A DNA stretch of 63,715 bases, filler included, from Bigelowiella natans CCMP2755 (taxonomy: Eukaryota > Protista > Cercozoa), in NCBI GenBank assembly GCA_000320545.1. It is 7 parts of 7 records of this genome, joined end to end, with 100 filler letters (N's around TTAATTAATTAA, not from the genome) between each part and the next. Parts side by side here need not be neighbours in the genome. Positions count along the whole stretch, not along the records: positions 1 to 7,528 come from ADNK01002615.1; positions 7,629 to 16,330 come from ADNK01003407.1; 5 more parts are not named here. One strand, given 5' to 3'. Each line of letters opens with the position of its first letter. The stretch's first letter is position 1. The notes beneath the pieces were generated by a model that ran no database searches, was not told the origin of the DNA, and saw only the letters and a program-made list of their open reading frames with translations. Shown one piece after another: positions 1 through 11,762 of the stretch. Made by a program: the position numbers and the translations under genes.

Positions 1-661
1 CGTCGTGGGTCACAAGAACGCTGCAGCCGCGGAAATCAAGCAGAAGTTGTATTGTCGGTAGCGAGCAAGGAAAGCCTCTCGCTATGCACGAACTGATACG
101 AAATGGCCTGAACATCCCTGTGTTGTGCTTTGTTCAATCTGTGGAAAGGTGAGAAAAATGAGGCCACGGTGGTGGTGGTGGTGGTGGTGGTGGTGGTGAC
201 TGTATATTTATATGCATGGATTTACTCCTGCTGAGAAAATGACGAGAGGGGTGGGCAAGCTGCTGGTAAGATCACGGATGATGGCTTCCTCTTGTCGGTT
301 TAGACGGTGTTCTTTTATATCGTGACAGTTTGATCGTATTTCTAGGATATGTGTGTGAGTGCTTGGTGTGTGTTGTGTGCGTGAGTACTTGGTGTGTTGT
401 GTGTGTGTGCTGTAGTATAAATCTGAGGCCTAGGGTAATATAGCTTTGCTCCTTCCTTCCTCTCTCGCATATAACACACAGGGCGAAGCAGCTCTTCAGC
501 GAGCTTGTGTTCGACAACATACACGTGGACATGATTCACTCACAAAGAACCCAAAAGCAGAGGTGCGTCTGCCGCTTCTGCCTTTATCAATCGTCGCAAT
601 ATCCGTTGGACGGTGTGAATGATCCTCGATCGATGGGGCCATTTGCATAGAAATGCGTGTT

Positions 662-693
<32 letters not shown>

Positions 694-2032
694 CGTTCTA
701 TACCATACCTACCAAGATATACAATAGTAAACAGTATCTTCCCTCGTTTGAGCTGCTGGTGCTGTGTTGTTTCTTCTCTTATTGCCATTAAGGGAAGCAG
801 TGGTTGAGGCGTTCCGAACTGGCCGAATATGGATGCTGATAGCCACTGGTGCGTGAGGAAAGAGGGGAGGGGGAGAGAGAGGGAGATAGGAAAGAATCCG
901 AAGCAAGAGGGTGCGGCATTTGATTGAGTTCCTGCTTCATTTCCGATGTTTCTCCGCCCCGTTTCTTCCCACCGCTGAGAGTTTGTCTTCGGTGTCAAAA
1001 ACCATGTTAAAAATATAGATTTGATGGCTCGAGGCGTGGACTTCAAGGGCGTCAATTGCGTGATAAACTACGATGTGCCGCAGTCCAAAGTGACGTACAT
1101 TCATCGGATCGGACGTACAGGCCGCGCGGGTATCAGTGTTATTTATTCATTTGTTTTAATTTTGCAAGGGGGCGGAGTATGCTCCTTGACCAAGTGTGGT
1201 AATCATGGTGATGACAACGATGATGATTATTATTATTTTATAGTAGTAGTAGTAGTAGTAGTAGTAGTATGATTATGATGATAATGGTGTTACACAAAAC
1301 TAGCGACGAACTCGTGCGGGTGTACACACACACACACACACTACACACACACACACACGCGCGCGCGCGCGCGCGCACATGCAGTTCATGCGAGGGCAGT
1401 TTCTCCCCTCAGCGTCTGCCCATTCTGCACTATTCCTCACAATGAAATCCTCCCCCTGCCCCTCCTCCCACAACGACAAAAAAAAAGGCCGGAGTGGAGA
1501 GGCCATCACCCTATTCACCGAGAAGGACGCTAAGTATATCCGCGATATCGCCATGGTCGTGAGAAAGTCTGGTGGTGAGGTTCCCGAGTGGATGTTTGCC
1601 GTCGATAAGGTCGCCAAAAATAGCGGCCTGGAAGAGAGAGAATGATGATGCTTGATTGGTGATGCTAACGATGAGTAGAGTGCCGTATATTCATATTGCC
1701 TATGGGCGAAGTACGTGTTGAACTGAAATACGTGTGTCGTGCAGGCAACACGGCCTGAGATGCAGCGATTTCAAGCTGAGGCACCGAATCGTGAGCGTAT
1801 ATCTAACATAGCTGATAAGAAAAAAAGAAAGAGGATGGCCCGGCGGAAGCGCAGAGAATCCAAATCGAAGGCGAAAGCCCAAGAGAAAGGGGGGGGGGGG
1901 GGGGGCGCTTGCAGAAGAAGGCGAAGAAAGAGAAGAGGGCCAACAAGAATAAAAATGGTGGTCGGAAGGGAGCGGACGCAGATGACGATGGGGATTTTGC
2001 CGCCTTTGAGTCGTAGCATTCATTGCCGCTAG
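1..2032 (+). CDS. DDX52: DEAD-box RNA helicase DDX52/ROK1, 5'-truncated, multi-exon
   Basis: Exons ~1-148, 482-562, 793-848, 1019-1128, ~1488-1609, ~1745-2032 read ..[120 protein letters not shown], colinear with the DDX52/Rok1 C-terminal RecA domain. An apparent indel lies near base 50. The 3' end is uncertain because of a poly-G run. Confidence 0.9.
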
Positions 2033-2200
2033 CTATGCCATTGTGTTCTGTTGTCGGCATCATACGACTGCCTACCGTACAGGTTATTCATTGCACTCGC
2101 ATTCACGTTCGCGGTGGCATTGAGCGAATGCATCGATGCATGTTGTTTATATGAGACGGATGTAATGCATGTTTAAATTGTTTCAATGGTCATCCTAATG

Positions 2201-2254
<54 letters not shown>

Positions 2255-3334
2255 TTATGTGTGTCTGTGTGTGTGTAGATGCGTGAACGTGCTTGAAAAC
2301 TAAATTAGAGTGTACATATCTGTACGTGCGTATAATCATCGTGGTCCATGAGCAATCTACAGCAATACCAAGCAGTTATATGCATTTCATCATGCAACAA
2401 TTGCGGACAACGCAAGCATTAGTAGCAGGCTGATACAAATGATGTGTGCTAGTGTGTATACAAAGTCACGGATGATGGCATTACTACGCGTGCGCAATAG
2501 TAGACAAGGTAATATTATATCGCAGGGCGCGCTATAGTGCGTGTGGCACGGAGATTCAAATCACGCTGACAAATGTTTGGCCTACACTCTAGACACTCTT
2601 TGCATGCGCACACGCAGCATCATGCAAGCTATAGCAAGTGCCGTGTCGCTTCGTTATTAGAAAGTATGTATTATCATCAACATAGCAACAAACTAGACTT
2701 GGAAATCAATTGACTGCCATCAAGGCAGACACGGACGACGAACCAAACGACTGTCGTCAAAGGAACAGAAACAACGCACAACAATCTAGCAATGGCTGTA
2801 CGCGCAGCACGACGCGCACGCCACTTTGCTTTTTCGCATCATACATGACGAAGACATCCATCCACAGAGCACGAATGTGCACAAATTGAGCACTGTAGTC
2901 GCTACATTCTGTCTTAGCTACAGCTTACATTAATGATAGGATGAGCGTAGCATTTGATGAAATTCAAATTAATAATAGTCATTATATCCGTCTCCTAATA
3001 ACTACATATGTGCGCGCATTATTTACATACATATTAAAGAACAACTATCTTGATATAGCTATCAGATCGATTGACGCATAGCATCGCATGGCATGTATAT
3101 ATTGCGCAGCGTCTAGAGCGTCGGGCCATCATGATATTGTCATCCATGCTGCATATGAATGTTGGACGAGTTGTACGGGCCCTACTAGCCTGCGTGCACA
3201 TAGCATCGCAGAGCCCCAAAAGAAATGTTAACGCTTAGAAAACATTTTAGACATGTTCAAAAATATAAGAAGCGTACGACGTTCCTGCGCTTCTGTCGTC
3301 ATCATTCTCATGCAATCATTCATTTCTGGTCTCA

Positions 3335-4744
3335 TCATGCGTTCTCCGAAGTGCAAAGACTCTGAACCTCTGATACTGTACACCCTGCGCTCTCGAGATC
3401 CTTCCTGTGGCTCTGGGCGCATTCGATGCACGCACTCGCTGCTTTCGCCGGCCCTTGCAGCAGATACCTCTCAAGTACCTTCTCACCGCTAAGACAGCCA
3501 TCCTTCTCCAGTTGTGCGCGGCAGGAATTCGAGCCTGTTGCGATCTGACAACCTGCCATGGCATTGCATGGCAACCCATCCGGCGATTTGCAGTCATCGA
3601 CGAGGAAATAGGAGTCTGTTAGTTTCCCGTGTTCCCAATACCAATCAGGGAGGATTTCAGGCCAAGTCAGTTGCTGGGTGCCACCGATCGTAATGGTCGT
3701 GCTCACCCCGTGCTGGAAGCAGCTTGGCAGGAATAGTGCATCCTGATCGGCCTTGGCCTGAACCTGAGGCTCTGTTGAGTTGCGCATTGCCTCCCCGTAC
3801 ATGCTGATGTACGCGTTGATGACACTACTCATCGGCGAAGAGGGGGTTGGCTTTGGGCAGCCATTTTGAGTCATGATCTGGTTCGTATCGTACTGGTTCT
3901 CCAGGAGGTACACAGGGGATTCCACGTACGCGTACTGGGTCATCGCCGAGTCGCAATACCACACCGTCTCCTCGGAATGTGCCGCGACGCACTTTGGATG
4001 TCGGTATGATTGCCAGAGATCCGCAACTAGAGATTCGAAGTTGGAGAACCCGCAGTGCTGCCCTTGGCTGAAGCACGAGAAGTTAGAAGGGGGGTACTCT
4101 GGATGCCCCGGGAAGTCAGACTTTAGGGCCCCCGGGAAGAAAAACCCAGCATTAGGCGCCGCCTTTACAACAGTGTTCTCACTGGCGACAATGCTCTTCA
4201 GATAGTCAACGTTATATAGGGTGCCAATGCCCCCGGCCGACGACCCTGTAAGGAGGATGTGAGAGCTGTTCGAAAGCAGACCGTAGCTTTGCTCGAGGTG
4301 GTTGAAGATCGTGCGAAGGTTTAGATGTCCGGAGAAGTAAAGGCCCCACGTCTCTTCCGAAGCCTGCGTTCGCATTCCTCGATGAGTGTCGCCATTCGCA
4401 TAGGGCACGTAAACGTGGTGAGCATTGTTGAAGCCAGGGTTCGCAGACTCCTCGTCACAAAGTAGAAATTGCGATTTGCAATTCATGGTCTTCTGCCAAT
4501 TTTTGCTACTACCCAGGTCGCCTTTCGATCTCTTCGTACAGGATGCCTCGGTAAAACAGGCCCCACCCCCCTCCAAATATATCACCCAGGTTTGCGACTG
4601 GGCAGTTGGGGGAGGAGAGTAGTAATACCCAGCGAGGGACCCATCGAGGCAGGTTGTGTTTTTGACAAGCTGCAGAGTGAGCGAAGAGGCCGTGGAGAGC
4701 GCCAGCACTCCAAATAGATGCAGCAGGTAAAGCATAGGGGGCAT
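3335..4744 (-). CDS. Secreted pectin acetylesterase/Notum-family hydrolase, intronless, with Cys-rich C-terminal extension
   Basis: 469-aa ORF with signal peptide, CLDGSLAGYY, WVIYLEGGGAC, nucleophile elbow GSSAGG, NQYD and SCFQH motifs typical of the PAE/Notum family. Confidence 0.9.
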   Translation of the reverse strand: MPPMLYLLHLFGVLALSTASSLTLQLVKNTTCLDGSLAGYYYSPPPTAQSQTWVIYLEGGGACFTEASCTKRSKGDLGSSKNWQKTMNCKSQFLLCDEESANPGFNNAHHVYVPYANGDTHRGMRTQASEETWGLYFSGHLNLRTIFNHLEQSYGLLSNSSHILLTGSSAGGIGTLYNVDYLKSIVASENTVVKAAPNAGFFFPGALKSDFPGHPEYPPSNFSCFSQGQHCGFSNFESLVADLWQSYRHPKCVAAHSEETVWYCDSAMTQYAYVESPVYLLENQYDTNQIMTQNGCPKPTPSSPMSSVINAYISMYGEAMRNSTEPQVQAKADQDALFLPSCFQHGVSTTITIGGTQQLTWPEILPDWYWEHGKLTDSYFLVDDCKSPDGLPCNAMAGCQIATGSNSCRAQLEKDGCLSGEKVLERYLLQGPAKAASACIECAQSHRKDLESAGCTVSEVQSLCTSENA

Positions 4745-5513
4745 GGCCGCTCTGCAAGCAAGTACAACATAATGTTAGCATTTCGCTCCACATCATTATT
4801 GAAAGTTACCACAAACAAAAGTCGAAGGCATCCTCTCACGAATGCTCTCAACCCTAACCCACATTCTTCAACGTCGTTATTTCATTCCCCCCCTCTCACC
4901 TACAGAATTGAAGCACAAAATGGCAACTCAGGTCGCCCCAAGCCAGCGTGCTTTTCTAAAAAATGACCGGTGGTTTTGTTCCTACGACAACCAAATTATC
5001 CTCAAGCAATAATTTGTCTAAAATGAATGGCGTTTTACTGCGAAAGACATGCTTCAGAACCCAGACGCTTTTCATCGGGTAAACCTTAAAGAATAATTAT
5101 TCGGTCATAACCAATTCGCCGATGTTCGAGGCTGAATTGATATTTTATATCTGCGACAATGAAAAAGGGATGTCGTAGGAAAGTTACTGATTGTCTGAAG
5201 CTCGGCTGCACCCCCCAACCCCTCCCCAGCTGCGAGCCGGCGACTTACCTTTGGCATACGGAGAGAGATCCCGAATCGATTCGAGATAAACACGGTGTGA
5301 TTTCGTGTCTGGATAGATAAGAGATGTTGTGGTTCTTTTACTAGACACTACACCCAGAAAGAAAACCACATTCAAAATCAATAAATAGACTTGTGCACGC
5401 CATTATTCGCCAGTAAATAACACGACGTTGCTTCGACACCCTTATAATCTCACAAAATTTTTTACTAAGGCCACAAGCATTGGGGAAGAAAGAGCGTTGG
5501 CAAGCACGGAACC

Positions 5514-6524
5514 ATGGCAAAAGATGCCGGTGCGACGACGACAAAGTCTGTCGGTGCGTTGAGGAAGGCGATGAAGAAGGCACGTGAGGCATGGAGAGCG
5601 AATAAGGAGGACAAATCCCTAAAGAAAAGTAAATATCTTTAACAATTTATGCAGAAGAAACTATTTAGGGAAACAATGCAATAATTCACCGTGGCAAGGT
5701 TTTGATAATCTTCTCCCCCTCCTCTCCTGAAGAGTTTCGAAAGGCAAAAAAAGCACTCGAGGCAGCAAAAGAGGCCGCCAAGGGATCCGCGGCCCCATCA
5801 GCAGAAGCCAAAAAAGCGAAAAAAAAGAAGGAGAAGAAGCGCAAGCAAGCTGGCGAGAATCACGACTCCGCGAACGGAGATGCGAAAAGCGTTAAAAAGA
5901 AGAAAAAAGCTAAGAACAAGAAGGAAAAGAGCAAGAAACAGGCTGCTGCCTCCCCTGGAGAAGGGAATGTATCTAGTAGCGCCACTGCTTCTGAGATAAA
6001 GGCTTTTCGGGAAGAGAATAAGGTATGTCAACCGGGTATGGAGCAAGGGTGGGGGGGGGGGGGGGGGGGAAATGGTTGAATTGTTACGTAGAATCGGTGG
6101 TGCAACGGCGATGTAGTGAAGTGAGGTTGCACATCATCTATCAGAGAGGGGGCGGGAGGGGGGGGATAGATGAGCTGAGACATTGTGCGACTGATTCGGT
6201 TGGCTCTTGCCTCCGCTTCTGACACAAATGAAAACAATACAAGAGCAATATCGTACAGCGCAACACAACGCAAGTAACTAGAGGAGGGAACTGCGATCAT
6301 TCCATCTGTTCCCTACCTTCCGAATCTTGCCAGAGTAGACGCTATCCCCTTCCCCCCCGATGTCCCCTCGTTCCTAGTGCGCGGGGGATATGAAAGGGTG
6401 GGGAGACCCAAGATCAAGGCGAGGGGAACAAACAAAAACACGACAATCTACACACACACACACACACAAACTACACTCATACGACGATCGCGATACTTAC
6501 CGCACGATGATAGATACTCATGTG

Positions 6525-6559
<35 letters not shown>

Positions 6560-6701
6560 CATTATTATTATATTCAGATAAAGCTTCAAGGCAAGGCAGT
6601 GGAAGGAGCACAGCCATTCCTGAGCTTCTCCGACCTCAAGTTCCCGAAGAAGTATCTCTACGCACTGCAGGGATTTGAAAAACCAACTCCAATTCAGGTT
6701 G

Positions 6702-6735
<34 letters not shown>

Positions 6736-6988
6736 TTGCTGTGGACATTCGTCATTGATGCTTGCTGCTGCTTCTTCACCATCAACACCATCTTCATCAG
6801 CGTTTCTTCTACTTTCCTTTTTTTTTTTGCCGTTCTTTGCTTTGCACAGGCGGAGGCATGGCCATTAGCCTTGAAGGGCCGTGATATCATCGGCATTGCT
6901 GCTACAGGCAAGAGCGCACACGATTGCAACCACAAACACATTCAAACAATAACACAAACACAAGCACATCGCTACATATATAAAAATG

Positions 6989-7024
<36 letters not shown>

Positions 7025-7391
7025 CGGATTACGTTTCATCCCGGCGGAGCTCCCCTCTCTGTTGTCGGCGTACATCTAATCCAAAATTAACCCGGGAAAT
7101 GGCAGGGGAGCAGTTGAAGAAGAGTCGTAGTGAGTAGTTAGTTCTCCTCCTCCTCTTCCTCCTCCTCCTCGCCCTATTTCCTTCGGCTGCCGATGCCATC
7201 AGGCCAAGGGGGGCTCCTACCCACCCCCCTGCGTTTAAATACATCGGCCATATTCATGCAAGACATCGAAGCATGCAGTAGCAGACTCTAGGCTTTGTAT
7301 GTGTGTATTATAGCTCAATCTACTTACCATCATCATCATCATCATCATCATCATCGTAAGCAGCGACGACTTGCCAACAACAACAACACAC

Positions 7392-7431
<40 letters not shown>

Positions 7432-7495
7432 CTGCTCACAGGGTCGGGAAAGACACTCGGGTTTACACTTCCTTGCCTCCCAAGGATAGCGCCGG
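5514..7495 (+). CDS. DEAD-box RNA helicase, DBP3-like, Lys-rich N-terminus, 3'-truncated at gap
   Basis: Exons 5514-5628, ~5733-6022, 6578-6697, 6850-6907, 7442-. Q motif GFEKPTPIQ/AEAWP and motif I RDIIGIAATG/SGKTLGF. Confidence 0.85.
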
Positions 7496-7528
7496 TAGCA
7501 GCACAGCAGCAGTAGTAGTAGGAAGTAA

Positions 7529-7628
7529 NNNNNNNNNNNNNNNNNNNNNNNNNNNNNNNNNNNNNNNNNNNNTTAATTAATTAANNNNNNNNNNNNNNNN
7601 NNNNNNNNNNNNNNNNNNNNNNNNNNNN
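7529..7628. other. Artificial assembly spacer (N44-TTAATTAATTAA-N44)
   Basis: Identical 100-bp construct with stops in all frames, present six times in the window. Confidence 0.98.
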
Positions 7629-10600
7629 ACCCCACTCAATAAGGTGAGCAAGATGATGGAAGACTACCACGCCGCCATCAACTCGCTGCTCACGGCGCGC
7701 ACCAGGAAGTTCAAGCTGCACACGATATGCTCCCTGCAGCTCCTCTCCTGGCTCAACTCTTACCGGGCGCGGCTCGGACAGCTCATCCAACGGACGCCAT
7801 GCTCGTCGCGGAAAGATGAGCTCCGGGTCAAGAGCATCCAGCTGCGCGTCGTGCGCGATTGCGACCGCCTGGCCGAGGTGCTGATGCAACGATATGTCGT
7901 GTTCCGGGCCTTGCAGCAGAACGCTCTGGTGGATCGGTTGATCGCTGGGGAGGAGAAGTGGGAGCTGCCAAAGGATGTGCGCGACGCGTACGATGATGCT
8001 GATAGCAATGGTGCGCCGGTGGTGGAAGAGGAGTGTTGCTTCGGCGGACGGATGTGAAGTGTTTGGAACAAGCGATTCCTATTTTTTGCCGATAATATTT
8101 ACCCCCCCCCACCTCTGCCCCCCCCCGCACGTACGTGTCTCTGTTCTGGCTTAATCCCTCTTCCTCTAATACAAAGGCCATTGCAGCTACAAGAACGTGA
8201 ACACCCCGGCCCCGGCATCATTCTTCACCCTGATCGATAGCTCGATTGAGACGGTCGGCCAGAAGTACAACATCGCCGGCAAGCATCTGACAAAAGAGGT
8301 ACTCGACGCACAAAGCAGCGCCTCCCCCCCCCCCCCCCTTTTTTTGGGGGGGCGTAACAGCGTGAAGGCCGCCTCAACAACGAGCATGGTATTCCTGAGG
8401 GTGTGCAAGGAATAGCATGCTCCTTCCCTCCCCCCTCTGTGTTCTTCTCTTAAGATGAGACCGGTGTGTAGCGAACTCTCGAATGAAAATTCGGCAACTA
8501 CTGCAAATTGAGGCCCAGATCTAAATGCCCCCCCCCCCCCGCCGTCTTTTCACATTAGGTGGATATTCAGCTAGGGAACCTCGAAAATTACACCGTGGCC
8601 CTATCTATTCTTTACGACCGAGTCTCGTTCTTTGGGGAGGGGACGGAGAAGAAGCTCCTCTCTGGACGACGAAGGTATCTAGGAGGAGGCCGCAGAGGGG
8701 CCAACGTGCCTGGAATCATCGACGAGGACCACGCCGATGGAGACGCTAGCGATGATGGCGGCGGCGACGAGAAAGACGACGTGTTCGAGCTGACGGACAG
8801 ACAGGCTAGTGCGATGGCGCTGACGCATTTCAAGCTGGCCGTGGATTCATCATCCTCTTCCTCTCCCACCGCCCCGTCGCCCTCTGCCGGAAGGAGGCAG
8901 CGGCAGCACGCCAAGCGCGGCTTCGTCGTCAAGGACTACTTCTGGCTCGTGGCGCAGGTCAACAACTTCGAGCTGTTCCAGCGCTACGCGATGGACGTGT
9001 GCAAGAAGCTGAGGACCCGCTACGTCGTCGATGTCGTCGACTACGAGCGCCTGCAGAGGGAGTTCGCTCGGGTCGTCGTCCTCTTCAAGCGCCAGGCCCA
9101 GCGGTGCGCGCAGTACCTCGTGACGCTCGCCATCCGCAACTGTCGCCCGGTCTTCGACGGGCTCTTCACCCCGCGCTGGGCCAAGGAAGAGTGCGGGTTG
9201 ATCGCGACGCTCTTCCGGAGGCTGACGGGGTGCCTGGACAGGATCACAGACGCGAGCGTCATGGCGTCCGATTCGATGGCGCAAATGATCTTCGACCAGT
9301 CCGTCAAACGCATCGGCATCGAGTACATGAAGGAGATGCTGCGGAAGGACGTGGCCAGGCTGCCCCTGGACGACCTCAAGCGAGCGCTCAGGCGGGACAT
9401 GCTGCACCTGATGGACATGCTCGACAGCGGTAGCAGCGCCGACAAGAAGGTCATCGAAGGCCTTCGCAAGATTCTATCGCTCTACACATTGCTCTCCGTC
9501 CCCCCCGACCTGAAGCTGCTCGCCTACACGGTGACGGAGCTCAAGGTCTTCTTAGCGGCAACGCAGCGATTCAGCGAGGAGGAGAGCGTGGCCATGTGCC
9601 AAAAGCTGCTCGAATGCCGTCACGACTTAGAGCGCTCGCTGCGAAATGAGGTGGAAAAGGGCATCAAGCATGGATTCAGCGCTGAGCAACTTCCGGAAGG
9701 CGAGGAGATTCTCAAGAGCTTAAGAAGCGATGGGAGCGGCGTTGGCGGTAGCGAGGAGAAGTGGCGACTAAAGATTGAGGTTCTGCGCGGGGACAATCTT
9801 GCTGCCAAGGACGGCGACACGTCTGACCCGTACGTCGTCCTCACAATACGCGACACGTCCAATAATTCGCTATTCGACGTGCGCACACCCAAGATGTCAA
9901 AGACGCTCGACCCCGTCTGGAACTTCTCTGTCGTCGTGCAGCCGGAGGAAGTCATCAGCAAGTTTCATCTCGTGGAGGTTCAGGTCTGGGACCATGATTA
10001 TCTCAACTACGACGATTTCATGGGCACATGCAGCCTCACGCGCACCGCAATTCTGGATGAGATCCGCAACTGCGGCATCAAGAATCCCGACGCCGAGAAG
10101 GGCACGGCCACGTTCGAGCTCAAGCTCGCCAAACGCGCCACAAAGGACGAAGAAATATCCGGCTTCGTCACGCTCCGGATTCAGCACGCCAAGTTTGCAT
10201 CCGAGGCCAAGGTAGAGGAGGAAAATATATTATGCGATTTCAAGCAGCAGGAGGAAGACGTTGGGTCTCCCGCGACTCATACCAACGCCAGTGAAGATAA
10301 GCGCCCCTCGAAGGGGAGAGGAGGGATGGCTGCTAGTGCTGCTGCTGTTAATCCTCCGCTATCGCAGAGGCATGAAAAAACGAAACACAAGGATCTGTCT
10401 AAGGGAGATGGGGACGTTAAAAGCAACAAGGCAACGACAACGACAACGAGTACAGTCAACCAACCTCGCAATCCTCAGGTGCGGCTGCAGCGGGTCTTCA
10501 AGGGAGGTTCTCTCAGCAAGAAAGCCAGAAACGTGCTGATGGGGGATTCGTGGCAAAAGCGGTATTTTGAAATCCGGCAAGACGGAAGCATCGCGTGGGG

Positions 10601-10829
10601 AAAAGGTGACAGGAAGGACTGGAAGGCGGCAAAGATCACGCACGTCCGCGTAGTCAGGGAGAAAGGACGGAATCGTGAATTCGAATTCGAGGTCGGCGTG
10701 GCGAACCAGAAACCGTTGGTGCTTCGTGCTTCTGACTCGAAGAGGTTTCGGCTGTGGATGGACTATTTAGATAAGGTCTGCACCGCGTATAGTTTACCAA
10801 AGCATGGTGATACCACAGTCACTGACTAA
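7629..10829 (+). CDS. Sec6/EXOC3-like (CATCHR) helical protein fused to C2 and PH domains, 5'-truncated
   Basis: Exons ~7629-7976, 8187-8298, 8559-10829. VAQVNN..F..QAQRCAQYLVTLAIRNCRPVFDGLFTPRW resembles the Sec6 C-terminal region. C2: LKIEVLRGDNLAAKDGDTSDPYV..KTLDPVWN..VWDHDYLNYDDFMG. PH: GGSLSKK..WQKRYFEI..LVLRASDSKRFRLWMDYL. Confidence 0.75.
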
Positions 10830-11198
10830 GGCAGTGCTACGCACAGTTCCGTCAATTCAGTCCACATAATGTAATTGCCAATGCGTGAGTGTGTCAGTTT
10901 TCAATGATTTCTGCGGTGAAGCATTTCAAGATTCAGCGAAGCAGTTGCCAAGCCTTCATTGATGCGCCAACACACTCACGCACCTCACACATCTAGACAC
11001 GCCATGATCATGCAATCATTGTTGACTCTTTCACAACGCATCGAGCCCTGCTTGTTCTTGCTGGCTCAGTGTCGTGCACTTGTGCGTGTGAGCCGTTCTA
11101 GCAGCGTTGTTGGCATCACGTGCACACCGTGCACGAATGCGATGGCTAGATGGGAATGCTAGAATGCTTGGTGGTGGCAGTGGTGATGATGATGACAT

Positions 11199-11243
<45 letters not shown>

Positions 11244-11458
11244 GTGTGTGTGCGTGTGTGTGTCAAGCGGAGTCCACGCAGTGGGCACACGAGCGAACAC
11301 TGCTGCGGGTCAGGTCACTGTTTCACGCTTGCTTCTGGTTTGCGCGTGCAATGCCAGAATGGCCCCACTTCTTCAGACGATGCTGAGTAGCTGTGTGAAT
11401 TGTGTCTCCGAGCTTCAGGTGTTGACCAACGCACCACAGCAGTCTCCAAAAGTCTAGA

Positions 11459-11512
11459 AGCACCTCGGCCAGGCGGTCGCAATCGCGCACGACGCGCAGC
11501 TGGATGCTCTTG
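11459..11512 (-). repeat. Perfect inverted 54-bp copy of coding sequence 7829-7882
   Basis: agcacctcggccaggcggtcgcaatcgcgcacgacgcgcagctggatgctcttg is the exact reverse complement of 7829-7882. Confidence 0.95.
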
Positions 11513-11762
11513 CATTCGCAAACGTGGTGTGTTCACTCACAGCATTGGCAAGTTGAGAACAGCAAGCTGATGGATGAGGTGGTTGACGCTCATTTGAACC
11601 ACTTCATCGAAGCATTGCAAATGGGACAAATCGAGGAAGAGGGAGGCAGGTCACAAATTCTGGCCCATCATTCTTCAGTTTCACATCACGAGTCCCAGCA
11701 CGCAACGCACTGAAATTTCAGCAACAATGAAACAATGAAACATTGACAGTGACACTCCTGAT

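Noticed and set aside
40-62. Frameshift/stop near the start of the DDX52 fragment
   Set aside because: A single indel in an essential, otherwise intact gene is most likely a consensus error rather than recoding.
6100-7250. Hairpins and CTGA/ACA motifs in the DBP3-like introns suggesting intronic snoRNAs
   Set aside because: No canonical C box or convincing H/ACA layout, and no rRNA guide identified by eye. An Infernal/snoscan search would be needed.
1-7495. Two ribosome-biogenesis helicases close together as a functional cluster
   Set aside because: DEAD-box genes are numerous, the two belong to different subfamilies and an unrelated gene lies between them.
8612-10215. Long antisense and alternate-frame ORFs over the Sec6-C2-PH gene
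   Set aside because: Shadow ORFs caused by high-GC3 coding sequence.
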